Shown: positions 53,282 through 62,815 of the stretch, one piece after another
Position numbering within the stretch: the stretch's first letter is position 1
How the letters are laid out: the number at the start of each line of letters is the position of its first letter
IMG/VR virus record: IMGVR_UViG_3300045934_000076
Location: 1-63,135 of that record
Strand: one strand, 5' to 3'
Source: a virus
Lineage: Duplodnaviria > Caudoviricetes
DNA length: 63,135 nucleotides
Notes under the pieces: model-generated
What the model saw: only the letters and a program-made list of their open reading frames with translations
Databases searched by the model: none
Told to the model about the DNA's origin: nothing
Position numbers and translations under genes: made by a program

Positions 53282-56200
53282 TGCCGTCGGCTTCCGACAA
53301 CAAGATCGGCTTCGGCCGCACAGGCCTCCTCGGAAACCTCCGTACTCATGGGGATTTCCAGCGTGACAATCGTGCTCGACGTCAGGGATACGTTGATCTC
53401 GTGCTTGGGAAGGCCATCACCAAGACTGGGACTTACTTGGGATCAATCAGGTACACAGACCTCAGTGTTGATTCTGCGTTGACCTGGGCGGGCGCAATAC
53501 GACCGATCGTTGGCATGGAGGCGATGAGGACACCGCGAGCGTTGTCTTTTGCGGAGAGTCTTGCCTCCATGGCGGCTGGAACATTCTTCTACGATGAGAC
53601 CCAGATGGTCAAGGGCGGGACTTTGACCGTCTATTGGTGGCTTCCTGACAGTTCCAATCCTTCAACGTCCGAGGAGTTCGTCATCCACTTGATGTTCAAC
53701 ATTGGCACTCGTGGTGAGCGGCATCCTCTGTTTCTCCCCGAGCGCTTCGTCGATGGAGGGTTCGCCTACTGGACAAGCCCCACGGTCCCGAAGTTCTGGA
53801 CTCCTTCCGGAGTGGCCGCATCGGGAGTCAGGCTTGATCAGGATACCGATGCTGCCCCGTCATCCAAGGATCCCTACTCGCTCAAGATTTCACCGGGAGC
53901 AAGTGGACTTCCCAACGCCTCTGACGGTGGAGTACTCATCGATGGTGCTACGTCACCTCCGGGATTCAACAACGGAAATCTCGGAGCTGGTCGTGAGACG
54001 TGGTACACGTTCTACTACAAGACTGATCCGGACATGCCAGTCGGTGTCTTCCCAGCGATTCGTGTAAGAGCCGGATCTGGTCAGTTCATGAACGCGGACG
54101 GAGAGTCGTTTTCTGTGCCTCCGAACAACGTCCCACTTCCACTCACGAATGGACAGTGGCGGCGTTGCATCTTTGTATTCCGGAATCCGTCTGACACGAC
54201 GAGCTTGTCGATTCATCTTCGGCTCAGGAACGACAGTGGAGGGACGGTCACCACGGGATGGGTGAAGTACGACGGGGCCAGTCTGAGAACAGTTCTGCGA
54301 CGAGTGTACTACCAGCCAGGATTGGAGATCGATTCGTTGCCAGTCCTTGAGCTCAAGTCTCAGTCGGTCGCGTTCGGTGCTAAGACCATCGGCCAGGGCA
54401 AGGTCTCCATTCTCGATGGCAATCGTGCTCTGACAAAAGCGTTCGCGAGTTTGCTGCCTCTTCGAAAGCCTGTTAAGATCTCAGTCGGAGGAGCATTCTC
54501 TAACAAAGAGTTCCTTCGCCGCGACGATTGGCGAACAGCGTTCTTGGGCTTGTCACAGACGCCGCTCTTCAAGACCCAGGAAGGCCGCATCGTGATCGAC
54601 CTTGAGGACTCCAGGACCATCACGAGATCGCGTGTCTTGGAGAAGGCCTATCGCATTGCGGACTTGTCCGGACTTGATCGGGAGGCTGAGGGCACTCCGA
54701 AGAACTATGTCTTTGGCGACACGATCGAGCAGGCTTTCAAGTACACGCGCGTCGGGGTGAACTCGAACGGTTATGGTCTGTACGAGGCTCTCGATCCTGC
54801 CGTGCCTGTGGCTGACAATGTCAACGTTGGACTTCCGACAGGATACTCCGCCATCATCTTCCCTAACGAAGAGATGGCCGACAAGAACGTCAACGGCTAC
54901 GACCTGTCCAACACGATCACTGGCAACACGGCTGCCAATCCCACTGCTGTCACGACGTCGAAGCGGCATGGCCTCGCGACGAATGACTTCGTCACCATCT
55001 CTGGGAGCAACTCTACACCGAACATCAACGGTCGTCGGCAGGTCACAGTCACGAGTGACTTCACGTTCACGGTCGCTGTCAATGTGTCTGTCGCCGGAAC
55101 TACAGGCAAAGTAGTCTCACACGCCGACTACGACTACTCGTTGAACAACACGCGATGGGAGATCAAGCGGGATTTGCACAACATGGCCTTCGACAAGCAA
55201 GGCCAGGAGATTGGTCTCGGGTGTCGTTTCTACTACATGAACGAGACTTACCTAAACCCGACCTTCGTCGATCTGGATTTGTCGGGTCCACCGTGGAAGG
55301 TCGCTCTCGATCTTCAAGCTGCCATCCGTGCCAACGACGCAGACAACAACACGAGCGTAGTCTACGCTGAGAACACTCACAAGATCACGGTGTCCAGGAC
55401 CGGTGGCAAGGGAGTCTTCATCGACCTCTACTCGGTCTCATCCGTCGCACTTCCAAACATCGACAGCGTGAGCATGCGGAGCTGGGAGCTCCTCGGGTAT
55501 GACGTCAGGGGAGATCACGGCGGTGGAGCGACTACGTCGTGGACCGCTGAGAAGCCTCTGTTCACCGATGTTGACAAGGACCACATCATTCGGTGGTTCG
55601 TTGGCGGATACTACGATGATTCGTTGGGAAGCATCTGTGGCGTCGCAAACGCGGCCATCGACAATCCTCCAGCGATCTACTCGTGGCTCTGGCAGAAGCA
55701 TCTGCGGCAGTCGCCTTCGACCATCAATGTGAACTCCTTCGCTGACGCCAGGAACCTCAGCTTCAGCGGTGACTTCGTCCAGATGCTCATGGTCTTGTTG
55801 AACCAAGACGACGATGTGTTCAAGGCTTTCGGGCTGCTCGACCAGATGGGTCTGATGGACACGGTCTTGGATGGCGACGGCGTGCTCCAGTGCCGGAAGC
55901 ACAGCGACTCTGCGCCAGTCGTCCGGGTCCTGCGTGATCGGGACTATCAGTCCTTCGAGATGCGCTATGACCCCAAGATCCTGTTCAGGGAAGTCCGTGT
56001 CTGGGGCAGCTATCGCCAATCGCTGCAGAAGTTCGAGACCTATCTTGACTCACCAGCTTTCACCGATGCGGCTGCGCCGATCAAGACCGGGGCCACGGAC
56101 ATCTTCAATCTGTACGGATACCTCTCGCGAGCCTCCATCACAGGAGGCCTGTGCCTGCTCCCGAACTACTACGCTCGGCTCTTCAAGAAGGTCCCGAGGA

Positions 56201-56394
56201 TCGTTCAACTGTCAACAGTAGGACAGCTCATCGACACGTTCATCGGCGACAAGATCAGCCTCTACGCGAGCAAGGCTCTGTCACCGACGGGCACGCTCAG
56301 CGGTGAGGTGTTCAGGATCTTCAACCTCACTCACGACTACCTCACAGGCATGACGACCTGCGAGGCGGTCGAGAACGTTCAAATCCTGACATGA
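53281..56394 (+). CDS. Large tail tip / baseplate hub protein
   Basis: 1037 aa; carbohydrate-binding-like segment (DGGF..WT...WVKYDGASL); E1-FCCH-like module. Confidence 0.7.
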   Translation: MPSASDNKIGFGRTGLLGNLRTHGDFQRDNRARRQGYVDLVLGKAITKTGTYLGSIRYTDLSVDSALTWAGAIRPIVGMEAMRTPRALSFAESLASMAAGTFFYDETQMVKGGTLTVYWWLPDSSNPSTSEEFVIHLMFNIGTRGERHPLFLPERFVDGGFAYWTSPTVPKFWTPSGVAASGVRLDQDTDAAPSSKDPYSLKISPGASGLPNASDGGVLIDGATSPPGFNNGNLGAGRETWYTFYYKTDPDMPVGVFPAIRVRAGSGQFMNADGESFSVPPNNVPLPLTNGQWRRCIFVFRNPSDTTSLSIHLRLRNDSGGTVTTGWVKYDGASLRTVLRRVYYQPGLEIDSLPVLELKSQSVAFGAKTIGQGKVSILDGNRALTKAFASLLPLRKPVKISVGGAFSNKEFLRRDDWRTAFLGLSQTPLFKTQEGRIVIDLEDSRTITRSRVLEKAYRIADLSGLDREAEGTPKNYVFGDTIEQAFKYTRVGVNSNGYGLYEALDPAVPVADNVNVGLPTGYSAIIFPNEEMADKNVNGYDLSNTITGNTAANPTAVTTSKRHGLATNDFVTISGSNSTPNINGRRQVTVTSDFTFTVAVNVSVAGTTGKVVSHADYDYSLNNTRWEIKRDLHNMAFDKQGQEIGLGCRFYYMNETYLNPTFVDLDLSGPPWKVALDLQAAIRANDADNNTSVVYAENTHKITVSRTGGKGVFIDLYSVSSVALPNIDSVSMRSWELLGYDVRGDHGGGATTSWTAEKPLFTDVDKDHIIRWFVGGYYDDSLGSICGVANAAIDNPPAIYSWLWQKHLRQSPSTINVNSFADARNLSFSGDFVQMLMVLLNQDDDVFKAFGLLDQMGLMDTVLDGDGVLQCRKHSDSAPVVRVLRDRDYQSFEMRYDPKILFREVRVWGSYRQSLQKFETYLDSPAFTDAAAPIKTGATDIFNLYGYLSRASITGGLCLLPNYYARLFKKVPRIVQLSTVGQLIDTFIGDKISLYASKALSPTGTLSGEVFRIFNLTHDYLTGMTTCEAVENVQILT

Positions 56395-56705
56395 ACTGTG
56401 ACGCGTGCCGAGGAGCGTGTTGCGAAACGCTCCACGTCCTTGGCGATGCGATCGCAAGACAGAGCCCGACCTCCTCGGAGTTCATCCGCGTGTTTGCCGG
56501 AGCGGAGGATGGTCACGGTGACATCGAGCTGAAAGTTCGCTGCTCGAAGCTCACGAGTGAGGGCTTGTGCAGCATCTACGAGCGGCGACCACTCATCTGC
56601 CGACTGTTCAAGCCCGGGAGCCCCGACTGCATCGCGGCCGTCAAGGCTCGTAGGTCGCCAGCACAGCGCGCCAGCATTCGTGAGGCTGGAGACCCCTCGC
56701 TGTGA
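56391..56705 (+). CDS. YkgJ-family cysteine-cluster protein
   Basis: CDACRGACC...CSKL...CSIYERRPLICRLF. Confidence 0.85.
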   Translation: MNCDACRGACCETLHVLGDAIARQSPTSSEFIRVFAGAEDGHGDIELKVRCSKLTSEGLCSIYERRPLICRLFKPGSPDCIAAVKARRSPAQRASIREAGDPSL

Positions 56706-56945
56706 TCCCCTGCTCCGCCTGAACTTCGGCCCTTCGCTGCCCTGGTAGCAGGGGCGGGCAGGCCCCCGCAACCGTGACCCTGGAGCGGCCCCGCTAGGTC
56801 CGGCTGCGCGCACGGGTTCGCTCGTGGCCCCGTGGCCCCCAATCGCGACTTGCGAGGCCCTAGGAGCCTGCAAATAGTTGACTTCTACAATCCGCCGGAT
56901 TTGAGCGAACCCGAACTATATCACCCTTGATTTTCAACAACTTAC

Positions 56946-56995
56946 GTGAGTATTCAAAATACTCACTTGCGCGAACGGGGCCTTCCACCTACTAT
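56946..56995 (+). promoter_or_regulatory. Early promoter with adjacent palindromic operator
   Basis: TTGCGC(56967)-17 bp-TACTAT(56990); GTGAGTATT-CAA-AATACTCAC at 56946-56966. Confidence 0.8.
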
Positions 56996-57001
56996 ATGTT
57001 C

Positions 57002-57390
57002 ACAACACGAGCGCAGCGGGCAGGCAAGGCAGGCCACCTAAGCAAGCGCGGCAAGGCAAGGGAAGCCCCGGCGCACCTCGGAAGCGACCGGCCCCCAAGC
57101 CCCAAGGTAGCACCCGCGCCCGGTGAGGGGTCAACGCGCGGTGCCAGTCGCTACTCCACAAGGCAAGCAACACGCGCAGCCGCTAGGCGCGACGGGCCGT
57201 CACGGCCGGTTGCTCACCCCGAGGAGCGCGGCGCATCCGGGCCGGTTGCACCATGTTGTTCGCTGTGATGGCGATGGGGTGACCGGGGGTGAGTCGAACA
57301 CCCGCAAGCGAGGAAGGGGCCGCCGCCAAAGATGCTTTCAAGTGCGGTCACCGGGCACAGCCGCCAAAGCGCTCAAGCGCTGATGCCACT
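57002..57390 (+). ncRNA. Large structured RNA candidate
   Basis: Begins at the predicted start site; nested long-range helices; no credible ORF. Confidence 0.55.
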
Positions 57391-57401
57391 CGCAACGTAC
57401 A

Positions 57402-57475
57402 CAAGGCGGGCTATCGCAGCTCGCCCTTACGTTAGAGCCGTCGAGCTTGTTCGACGGCTCCACCGTGAGGAGGTT
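57402..57475 (+). promoter_or_regulatory. Two-hairpin leader element, copy 1
   Basis: Repeated at 57782-57852 with compensatory changes; ends in GAGGAGG SD. Confidence 0.8.
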
Positions 57476-57479
57476 TTAC

Positions 57480-57779
57480 ATGGCAAAGCGTATCAAGGCT
57501 CGTCGTGCTTACCAGCTCGAGTTCACGCGCAGTGGCGATGGTCACACCGTCAAGTACGGTGAGCCGGTCACTTCGCTGGCCGCTTGTGCGGCCCTGCTCG
57601 ACAAGGCCGAAGTCGAGTGGCAGGAGTGGTTCGACAAGTACTCCGACAACGACTACGAGCCGCTCGAAGGGCAGGCCGAGTGGCTTGACCACTACGAGGG
57701 CTGCGACGTCTACGCCCGCTGCACCGACGGTCGGCTCTACGCCTTCAACGATGAGGACGGTTGGGACCTCATCTCGTAA
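57480..57779 (+). CDS. Acidic early protein
   Basis: GAGGAGG SD; D/E/W/Y-rich C-terminal half. Confidence 0.8.
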   Translation: MAKRIKARRAYQLEFTRSGDGHTVKYGEPVTSLAACAALLDKAEVEWQEWFDKYSDNDYEPLEGQAEWLDHYEGCDVYARCTDGRLYAFNDEDGWDLIS

Positions 57780-57781
57780 CG

Positions 57782-57852
57782 CAAGGCGGGCTTCGGCCCG
57801 CCCTTACGTTAGAGCCGCCGAAATTCTTCGGCGGCTCCACCGTGAGGAGGTT
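57782..57852 (+). promoter_or_regulatory. Two-hairpin leader element, copy 2
   Basis: C-UUCG-G capped stem plus 11-bp stem, then CACCGTGAGGAGG. Confidence 0.8.
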
Positions 57853-57855
57853 GTG

Positions 57856-58044
57856 ATGGCTATCAACAAGTTCGCGTTCGTGACCAAGTTCAAGTCGTCT
57901 TCGTCGGACCGTTACTACAAGGTGAAGGTCAACGTGGTGACCGGCGACCTGTCGTGCGACTGCCCTGGCTGGACCTTCAAGCGCGAAGGCAAGGCGCGGG
58001 ACTGCAAGCACCTCCGCCGTCTGCGCACCGGAGTGGCGGCGTGA
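57856..58044 (+). CDS. SWIM zinc-finger protein
   Basis: SCDCPGW...CKH. Confidence 0.85.
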   Translation: MAINKFAFVTKFKSSSSDRYYKVKVNVVTGDLSCDCPGWTFKREGKARDCKHLRRLRTGVAA

Positions 58045-58175
58045 CCGCCCGCACTCCTCGTAAGCCGCGTCGCATCAAGCGCGGTCTCGAGCTCAAGGTT
58101 CTGAAGAGCTGGCTTCGTTCAACCGACTACACCGAGCAGGAGCTGCGCGCTCTGCTCACGAAAGGCAAGTGAGTC

Positions 58176-58454
58176 ATGAGGAATATCCGCCTGGTCGCTT
58201 TCGAGGAGTTCACTGTCGAGGACAACGGCAACATCGTCATCGAGGCCTCGCAGTACTCGCCCGTCCCCATGCGCTTCGATGAGCTCGAGGAGGGCGATGC
58301 TCCTCGGCAGGGCATCTTCGTTCAGCTGGAGCCCGGTCGCGTTCAGCGCTACGCCGTCACCAAGGCCCGTCGCAATGGCGACGACGAGATCCTGGCCTGG
58401 GAGTTGCGCGCCATCGACGGCGCTGGCCCGCTCATGGTCGTCATCAACGACTGA
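58176..58454 (+). CDS. Hypothetical protein
   Basis: Typical codon usage; ends VIND. Confidence 0.65.
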   Translation: MRNIRLVAFEEFTVEDNGNIVIEASQYSPVPMRFDELEEGDAPRQGIFVQLEPGRVQRYAVTKARRNGDDEILAWELRAIDGAGPLMVVIND

Positions 58455-58526
58455 GCATCAACATCAACCTTCGCCCTGCGCTGCAAGCCAGCGCACACGG
58501 CTCAACCTTAAGTAAGGAGAACTCAC

Positions 58527-59768
58527 ATGGTGGTAGGCAAGCAGCATGAGATCGGTTCTTGCGACGCTGACAAGAAGACCCGGCATCTCATCACGTGCAA
58601 GCGTTGCGGTACGCAGTCGCTGATGTGGCATCACTGCAACGTCAACGGCGATGCGAACGCGCTCTACGTCGCCACGAAGACCGGGTACAAGCAGTGGGAT
58701 GCGGACACCATGAACCCTCACCGCTGCACGGGTCGCATGCAAACGATCCCCGAGCCCCTGGCCCCGGTCACGGACGAGTCGAAGCTTCGTGAGCTGGCCG
58801 AGGAGGTGGCGGGCAGCGTCGCCCGCAAGGCTCTCGAGGGCGCGCACAAGGAGCTCGGTAGTAAGTTCGACGAGTTCGTCCTGACGGTCACGAGCGGCCT
58901 CAACGATGCGCTGATGTCGCGCCTCGAGGAGCTGGCGCTCCCCGCCAAGACCCTGACCATCGAGCTGCTCGGCGACGACGGCGAGATCCGCCGCGTCGAG
59001 GGCGCGCACGCTCAAATGCCCGAGCTGCTGTATTGGGCCAACTCGAAGGACATGCACGGCTATCGCTGGCCGGTGATGCTCTTCGGCAAGCCGGGCGTCA
59101 GCAAGTCTTTCTCCACGAAGCAGGCCGCCGACGCGATGGGCCTCAGCTTCGGGCTCATCTCGCTCAACCCGCAGACCCCCGAGTCGCGGCTCTTCGGGTT
59201 CATCGATGCTGGCGGCAAGTATCACCGCACGCTCTTCCGTGAAGCGTTCGAGAACGGTGGCGTCTTCCTCATCGATGAGATCGACAACGCCAACGACGCG
59301 CTGCTGACCTCGCTCAACTCGTGCCTCGCCAACGGTCATGGCGCGTTTCCCGATGGGCGCATCGAGCGTCACGCCGACTTCGTCTGCGTCGCTACCGCTA
59401 ATACGCCAGGGCGGGGCGGCGATGCCAATCACAGCGGTCGTCGGCAGCTCGACGCCGCCACCATCAACCGGTTCGCGGTCATCGAGTGGAAGAATGACGA
59501 CGAACTGGAGATGCGCATCGCGACTGCCATCAACGAGAAGGCCGGTCGTCTGTGGCTCGAGTGGATCCGGAAGGTGCGGGTCTACTGCGAGGCCCATCAC
59601 CCGCGCGTCATCGTGTCGCCGCGCTCCACCTACATGGGCGCGAAGGCGCTGCTCGATTCGCCGTTCACCATCGAACAGATCGCCGACATGACCCTGTTCA
59701 AGGGGCTCGACAAGGATACCAAAGCTAAGATCCTGTCGGCCTGCCCGTTCCCCGCCGTCTCGAAGTAG
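58527..59768 (+). CDS. MoxR/CobS-like AAA+ ATPase
   Basis: GKPGVSKS, FLIDEID, ATANT, LDAATINRF, SPR. Confidence 0.9.
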   Translation: MVVGKQHEIGSCDADKKTRHLITCKRCGTQSLMWHHCNVNGDANALYVATKTGYKQWDADTMNPHRCTGRMQTIPEPLAPVTDESKLRELAEEVAGSVARKALEGAHKELGSKFDEFVLTVTSGLNDALMSRLEELALPAKTLTIELLGDDGEIRRVEGAHAQMPELLYWANSKDMHGYRWPVMLFGKPGVSKSFSTKQAADAMGLSFGLISLNPQTPESRLFGFIDAGGKYHRTLFREAFENGGVFLIDEIDNANDALLTSLNSCLANGHGAFPDGRIERHADFVCVATANTPGRGGDANHSGRRQLDAATINRFAVIEWKNDDELEMRIATAINEKAGRLWLEWIRKVRVYCEAHHPRVIVSPRSTYMGAKALLDSPFTIEQIADMTLFKGLDKDTKAKILSACPFPAVSK

Positions 59769-59776
59769 AGGAAGCC

Positions 59777-60658
59777 ATGCTCGAAGAGCGCAAGACCGTC
59801 GGCAACACGAAGTTCTACTCGGCCCGCTTCACGTGGGGCGAGTGGATCGCCCGTGCCACCTCGGCACCCATGCCCGGCAGGATGGGCGCCGCTTCCGCTG
59901 ACGCGAACCATCCACCGTCGAGCCACTGGGATTTGGGCCACGGCTTCGGCGGCACAGTCCAGCGGGCGCTGCACGGATGGGACGAGGGCGAGCGCGCAGT
60001 CAAGACCATCAGCAAGGCCCTCTTCGACAAGATCGCGCTTCACGTTGAGCGCGAGTACCCCGTCATGGACGTCGAGGGCGCCGAGATCGACATCGCGCTG
60101 TTCCTCGATGGCGAACCGGAGTGCTGGCGGCGCATGGAGTCGGTCACCCAGGAGAACGCTGGCCGCCGCATCATCAAGCTCGTACTCAACATGAGCACGT
60201 CGGCTGGCGTCAGCTCGGCCAGCATGATGGCGAAGGGCGCGGCCGTGACTGCCCTCGCCGAGCTCCTCGAGTTCGCCGGCCACGGCGTCGAGATCGTGGT
60301 CACTGACGGCATGAGTGGATGGGGCGACGGGGCTTTCCAAGCGTTCAACTTCATCACCATCAAGCATGCCGATCAGCCCATGGACGTCAACCGGATGGCC
60401 GTTGCACTGGCTCACCCGGGGATGCTGCGCCGCTTGGGCTTCTCCGTTATGGAGCACTGGCCGCTCGATGTGCAACGCGCGATCGGCGTCGGTGGCGGGT
60501 ACGGGATGCCCACCGACGTGGAGAAAGAGGAGCAGGGCGACGTCTACGTTGGCCGCTCGTTCTACGGCGAGCGCCAGTGGGAGTCAGTGCCTGAGACCAT
60601 CAAGTGGGTCCTGGCACAGCTCAAGGCTCAGGGCGTCGTCATCAACGCGGAGGTGTGA
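59777..60658 (+). CDS. VWA-like (CobT-like) partner protein
   Basis: DIALFLDGEPECW, NMSTS (degenerate MIDAS), IKHADQP, HPGMLRR; follows the AAA+ gene. Confidence 0.65.
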   Translation: MLEERKTVGNTKFYSARFTWGEWIARATSAPMPGRMGAASADANHPPSSHWDLGHGFGGTVQRALHGWDEGERAVKTISKALFDKIALHVEREYPVMDVEGAEIDIALFLDGEPECWRRMESVTQENAGRRIIKLVLNMSTSAGVSSASMMAKGAAVTALAELLEFAGHGVEIVVTDGMSGWGDGAFQAFNFITIKHADQPMDVNRMAVALAHPGMLRRLGFSVMEHWPLDVQRAIGVGGGYGMPTDVEKEEQGDVYVGRSFYGERQWESVPETIKWVLAQLKAQGVVINAEV

Positions 60659-60946
60659 AGTGCGCCGACTGCGAAACTTCTTCTACGACCTGGGGATGGC
60701 CATCGGCATCGTGGCCATCCTCGTATTCGAAAGTCTTGAACGGCTGTTCGGCTTCAACGATGACGAACCGGAGGGCCTGGGCTTGGGTGACCAAGTCCAG
60801 GTCTTCCCCATCAACGATGACGACGTAGCCGACGGCCTCCTCGGGGTGATCGTTGGCCGCGATGGCGACAAGTTCGAGGTCAAGCTCGATGACGGCCGGA
60901 AGGTTCTGCTCGAGGAGTACGAACTCGAGAAGAGGATGGTGAGGTC

Positions 60947-61414
60947 ATGACGCATCAGCCACGACGGTTCAACCTTGATCGGCTCGACCGGGCCATGTCC
61001 GCAATGGCCCGGTCACTCAACTCGCCGGTCCCGAAGGAGTGCTTCCTGAACGCGTTCCGTGCGTTCCCGCTGATGCTGCACCACGGGGCCACCCTCTATG
61101 TCGAGGGCTATGCGGCGCTCGAACAGGCTCCCATCATGACACCTCACGGATGGCTCGAGGCGTCTGGTGGCCGCATCATCGAGTGCACCGTCGAGCACTA
61201 TCAAGCGTACTATCCGGTTCAGACCTACTCGTTCAAGGAAATGATGCGCGAAGCGGAGGAGACGATGGCTCTGCCGCTACTCGACTTCGAGTTCGGCATC
61301 GGACGGCACGGGCAGCAGCTTCGCTTCACCTACAACGATGCGATGAAGCAGGAGTACGGCGTCGACTTCGACCTCCTGAAATCCTACATCAAGGAGGTGG
61401 ATCGTGGCCGCTAA
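60947..61414 (+). CDS. Hypothetical protein with transglutaminase-like Cys/His motif
   Basis: KECFLNA, YVEGYA, HGWL. Confidence 0.6.
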   Translation: MTHQPRRFNLDRLDRAMSAMARSLNSPVPKECFLNAFRAFPLMLHHGATLYVEGYAALEQAPIMTPHGWLEASGGRIIECTVEHYQAYYPVQTYSFKEMMREAEETMALPLLDFEFGIGRHGQQLRFTYNDAMKQEYGVDFDLLKSYIKEVDRGR

Positions 61415-61727
61415 GCTCAGTCGCAATCAGCTGGTGGATGCCTTCAACGACTACCTCGACGATCAGGCGGGGCTGACCTGCCAGGGGCGCGGCTCGGCGA
61501 CGTTCATGCTGCGCCGCGCCCATCTCATCTTCGGCCTCGTGAAGGGCAGCACTGGCCCCGGGGTCTACTTCAAGCTCACGAAGGGCGAAGTCGCGGCTCT
61601 CATCCGCGGCTTGCTCTGGGGTGAGCAGGGATGGCACATCATCGAGAAGCCCGAGCTCGGCAAGCGCGTGATGGTGCTTGAGCCGTGCTCCGATCACACG
61701 AAGTGCAAGCCGGAGGTGAAGCCATGA
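61404..61727 (+). CDS. Hypothetical protein
   Basis: GGAGG SD, operon packing. Confidence 0.6.
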   Translation: MAAKLSRNQLVDAFNDYLDDQAGLTCQGRGSATFMLRRAHLIFGLVKGSTGPGVYFKLTKGEVAALIRGLLWGEQGWHIIEKPELGKRVMVLEPCSDHTKCKPEVKP

Positions 61728-61890
61728 ACTGCATCCACGGACCTGTGCCGGGATGTGCATTCGGCTGCGAGTCGTCGCTCGTTGCACTCTTCCGGCAGGT
61801 TCAGGAGTGGGCCAGCATTCGCCCGTGGGACTGGGACGAGCTGGCTCACCTGATGTTGCTCCAGTCAGTTCTCAACAGCGGAGGCATGTG

Positions 61891-62217
61891 ATGGCGATCA
61901 AGGTCAACAAGCCCGAAGTAGGCACGCTCGTGTATCTGCCGTTCAGCCCCGTCACGATCGGGGTCATCACCGAGCTGCGCGAGGTCGCGAACCCGCTGCC
62001 TCGCAACCCCGATCACAAGGACACCGAAGCCTGGGTCACGTGGCTCAACGGCAAGCTCAAGGGCGGAGTGTGGCACGGCTTCTCGTGGAGGCTCTCCGAC
62101 TTCGACGCGCTCATCGCCGATCACGAGAAGAAGCTGGCTACTCACCGGGCCAATCGCCTGAAGGCCCTCGCCGAAGCACACACGCGCGGGCTCTGCCCGC
62201 ATCAGAAGGAGCTGTGA
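61891..62217 (+). CDS. Hypothetical protein
   Basis: GGAGG SD before ATG 61891. Confidence 0.6.
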   Translation: MAIKVNKPEVGTLVYLPFSPVTIGVITELREVANPLPRNPDHKDTEAWVTWLNGKLKGGVWHGFSWRLSDFDALIADHEKKLATHRANRLKALAEAHTRGLCPHQKEL

Positions 62218-62218
62218 C

Positions 62219-62815
62219 ATGGGCGGCGTCATTGGCGTGACGATCCGTTACTCCGACTCCTCGGAGTGGCGCGGGTCGTGCTGGACCAACGTTCTGCCGG
62301 TCGGTCTGTTCGGGGCCGACTTCTACGATGAGGCCACTTCCGAGGAGCACGTCAAGTCCTGGCAGACGAACCTTGTCAAGCACCGCAAGGCCGACAAGAG
62401 CGGTGACCTCGAGAAGCTCTGGGGAGGGCATCACATGCTGGCTCCTCTGGAGTACGGCATCATCGTGATCGACTTCAGGACCAAGCAAGTCATCTCAGCT
62501 CAGGGCTACTCGGCTGTTCAGTTCCGTCTCCCGAGTGACATCATGGACCCCGAGTACGCCTATCAGTTCCGCAAGGATCTCAAGCTGCCGTTCGACAGGT
62601 CGAAGCTGAACCCCGACTGGCAGCGGTTCGACGCGTGGACTCAACACGGGCACGGAGCCTGGGCCACGTTCGGGCCTCACACCTTCTGGCGCTTCGACGA
62701 GACGCTGGAGTATCCAACGGAGTTCACGAAGGCCAAGATCATGGGCCTCGGCTTCGAGTTGAGCGTCGCCGAGAAGAGAGCCTGGGCCAAGTTCATTCGA
62801 GAGAGGAGCCAGTGA
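62219..62815 (+). CDS. Hypothetical protein
   Basis: AAGGAG SD; 198 aa. Confidence 0.65.
   Translation: MGGVIGVTIRYSDSSEWRGSCWTNVLPVGLFGADFYDEATSEEHVKSWQTNLVKHRKADKSGDLEKLWGGHHMLAPLEYGIIVIDFRTKQVISAQGYSAVQFRLPSDIMDPEYAYQFRKDLKLPFDRSKLNPDWQRFDAWTQHGHGAWATFGPHTFWRFDETLEYPTEFTKAKIMGLGFELSVAEKRAWAKFIRERSQ

Noticed and set aside
57275-57352. Minus-strand tRNA-like pattern: GGTGACCG/CGGTCACC-CCA with GGGTG-TTCGACT-CACCC
   Set aside because: No credible D or anticodon arm, an extra base between T and acceptor stems, and it is antisense to the early transcript; the stems fit the plus-strand RNA equally well. Still worth a cmscan
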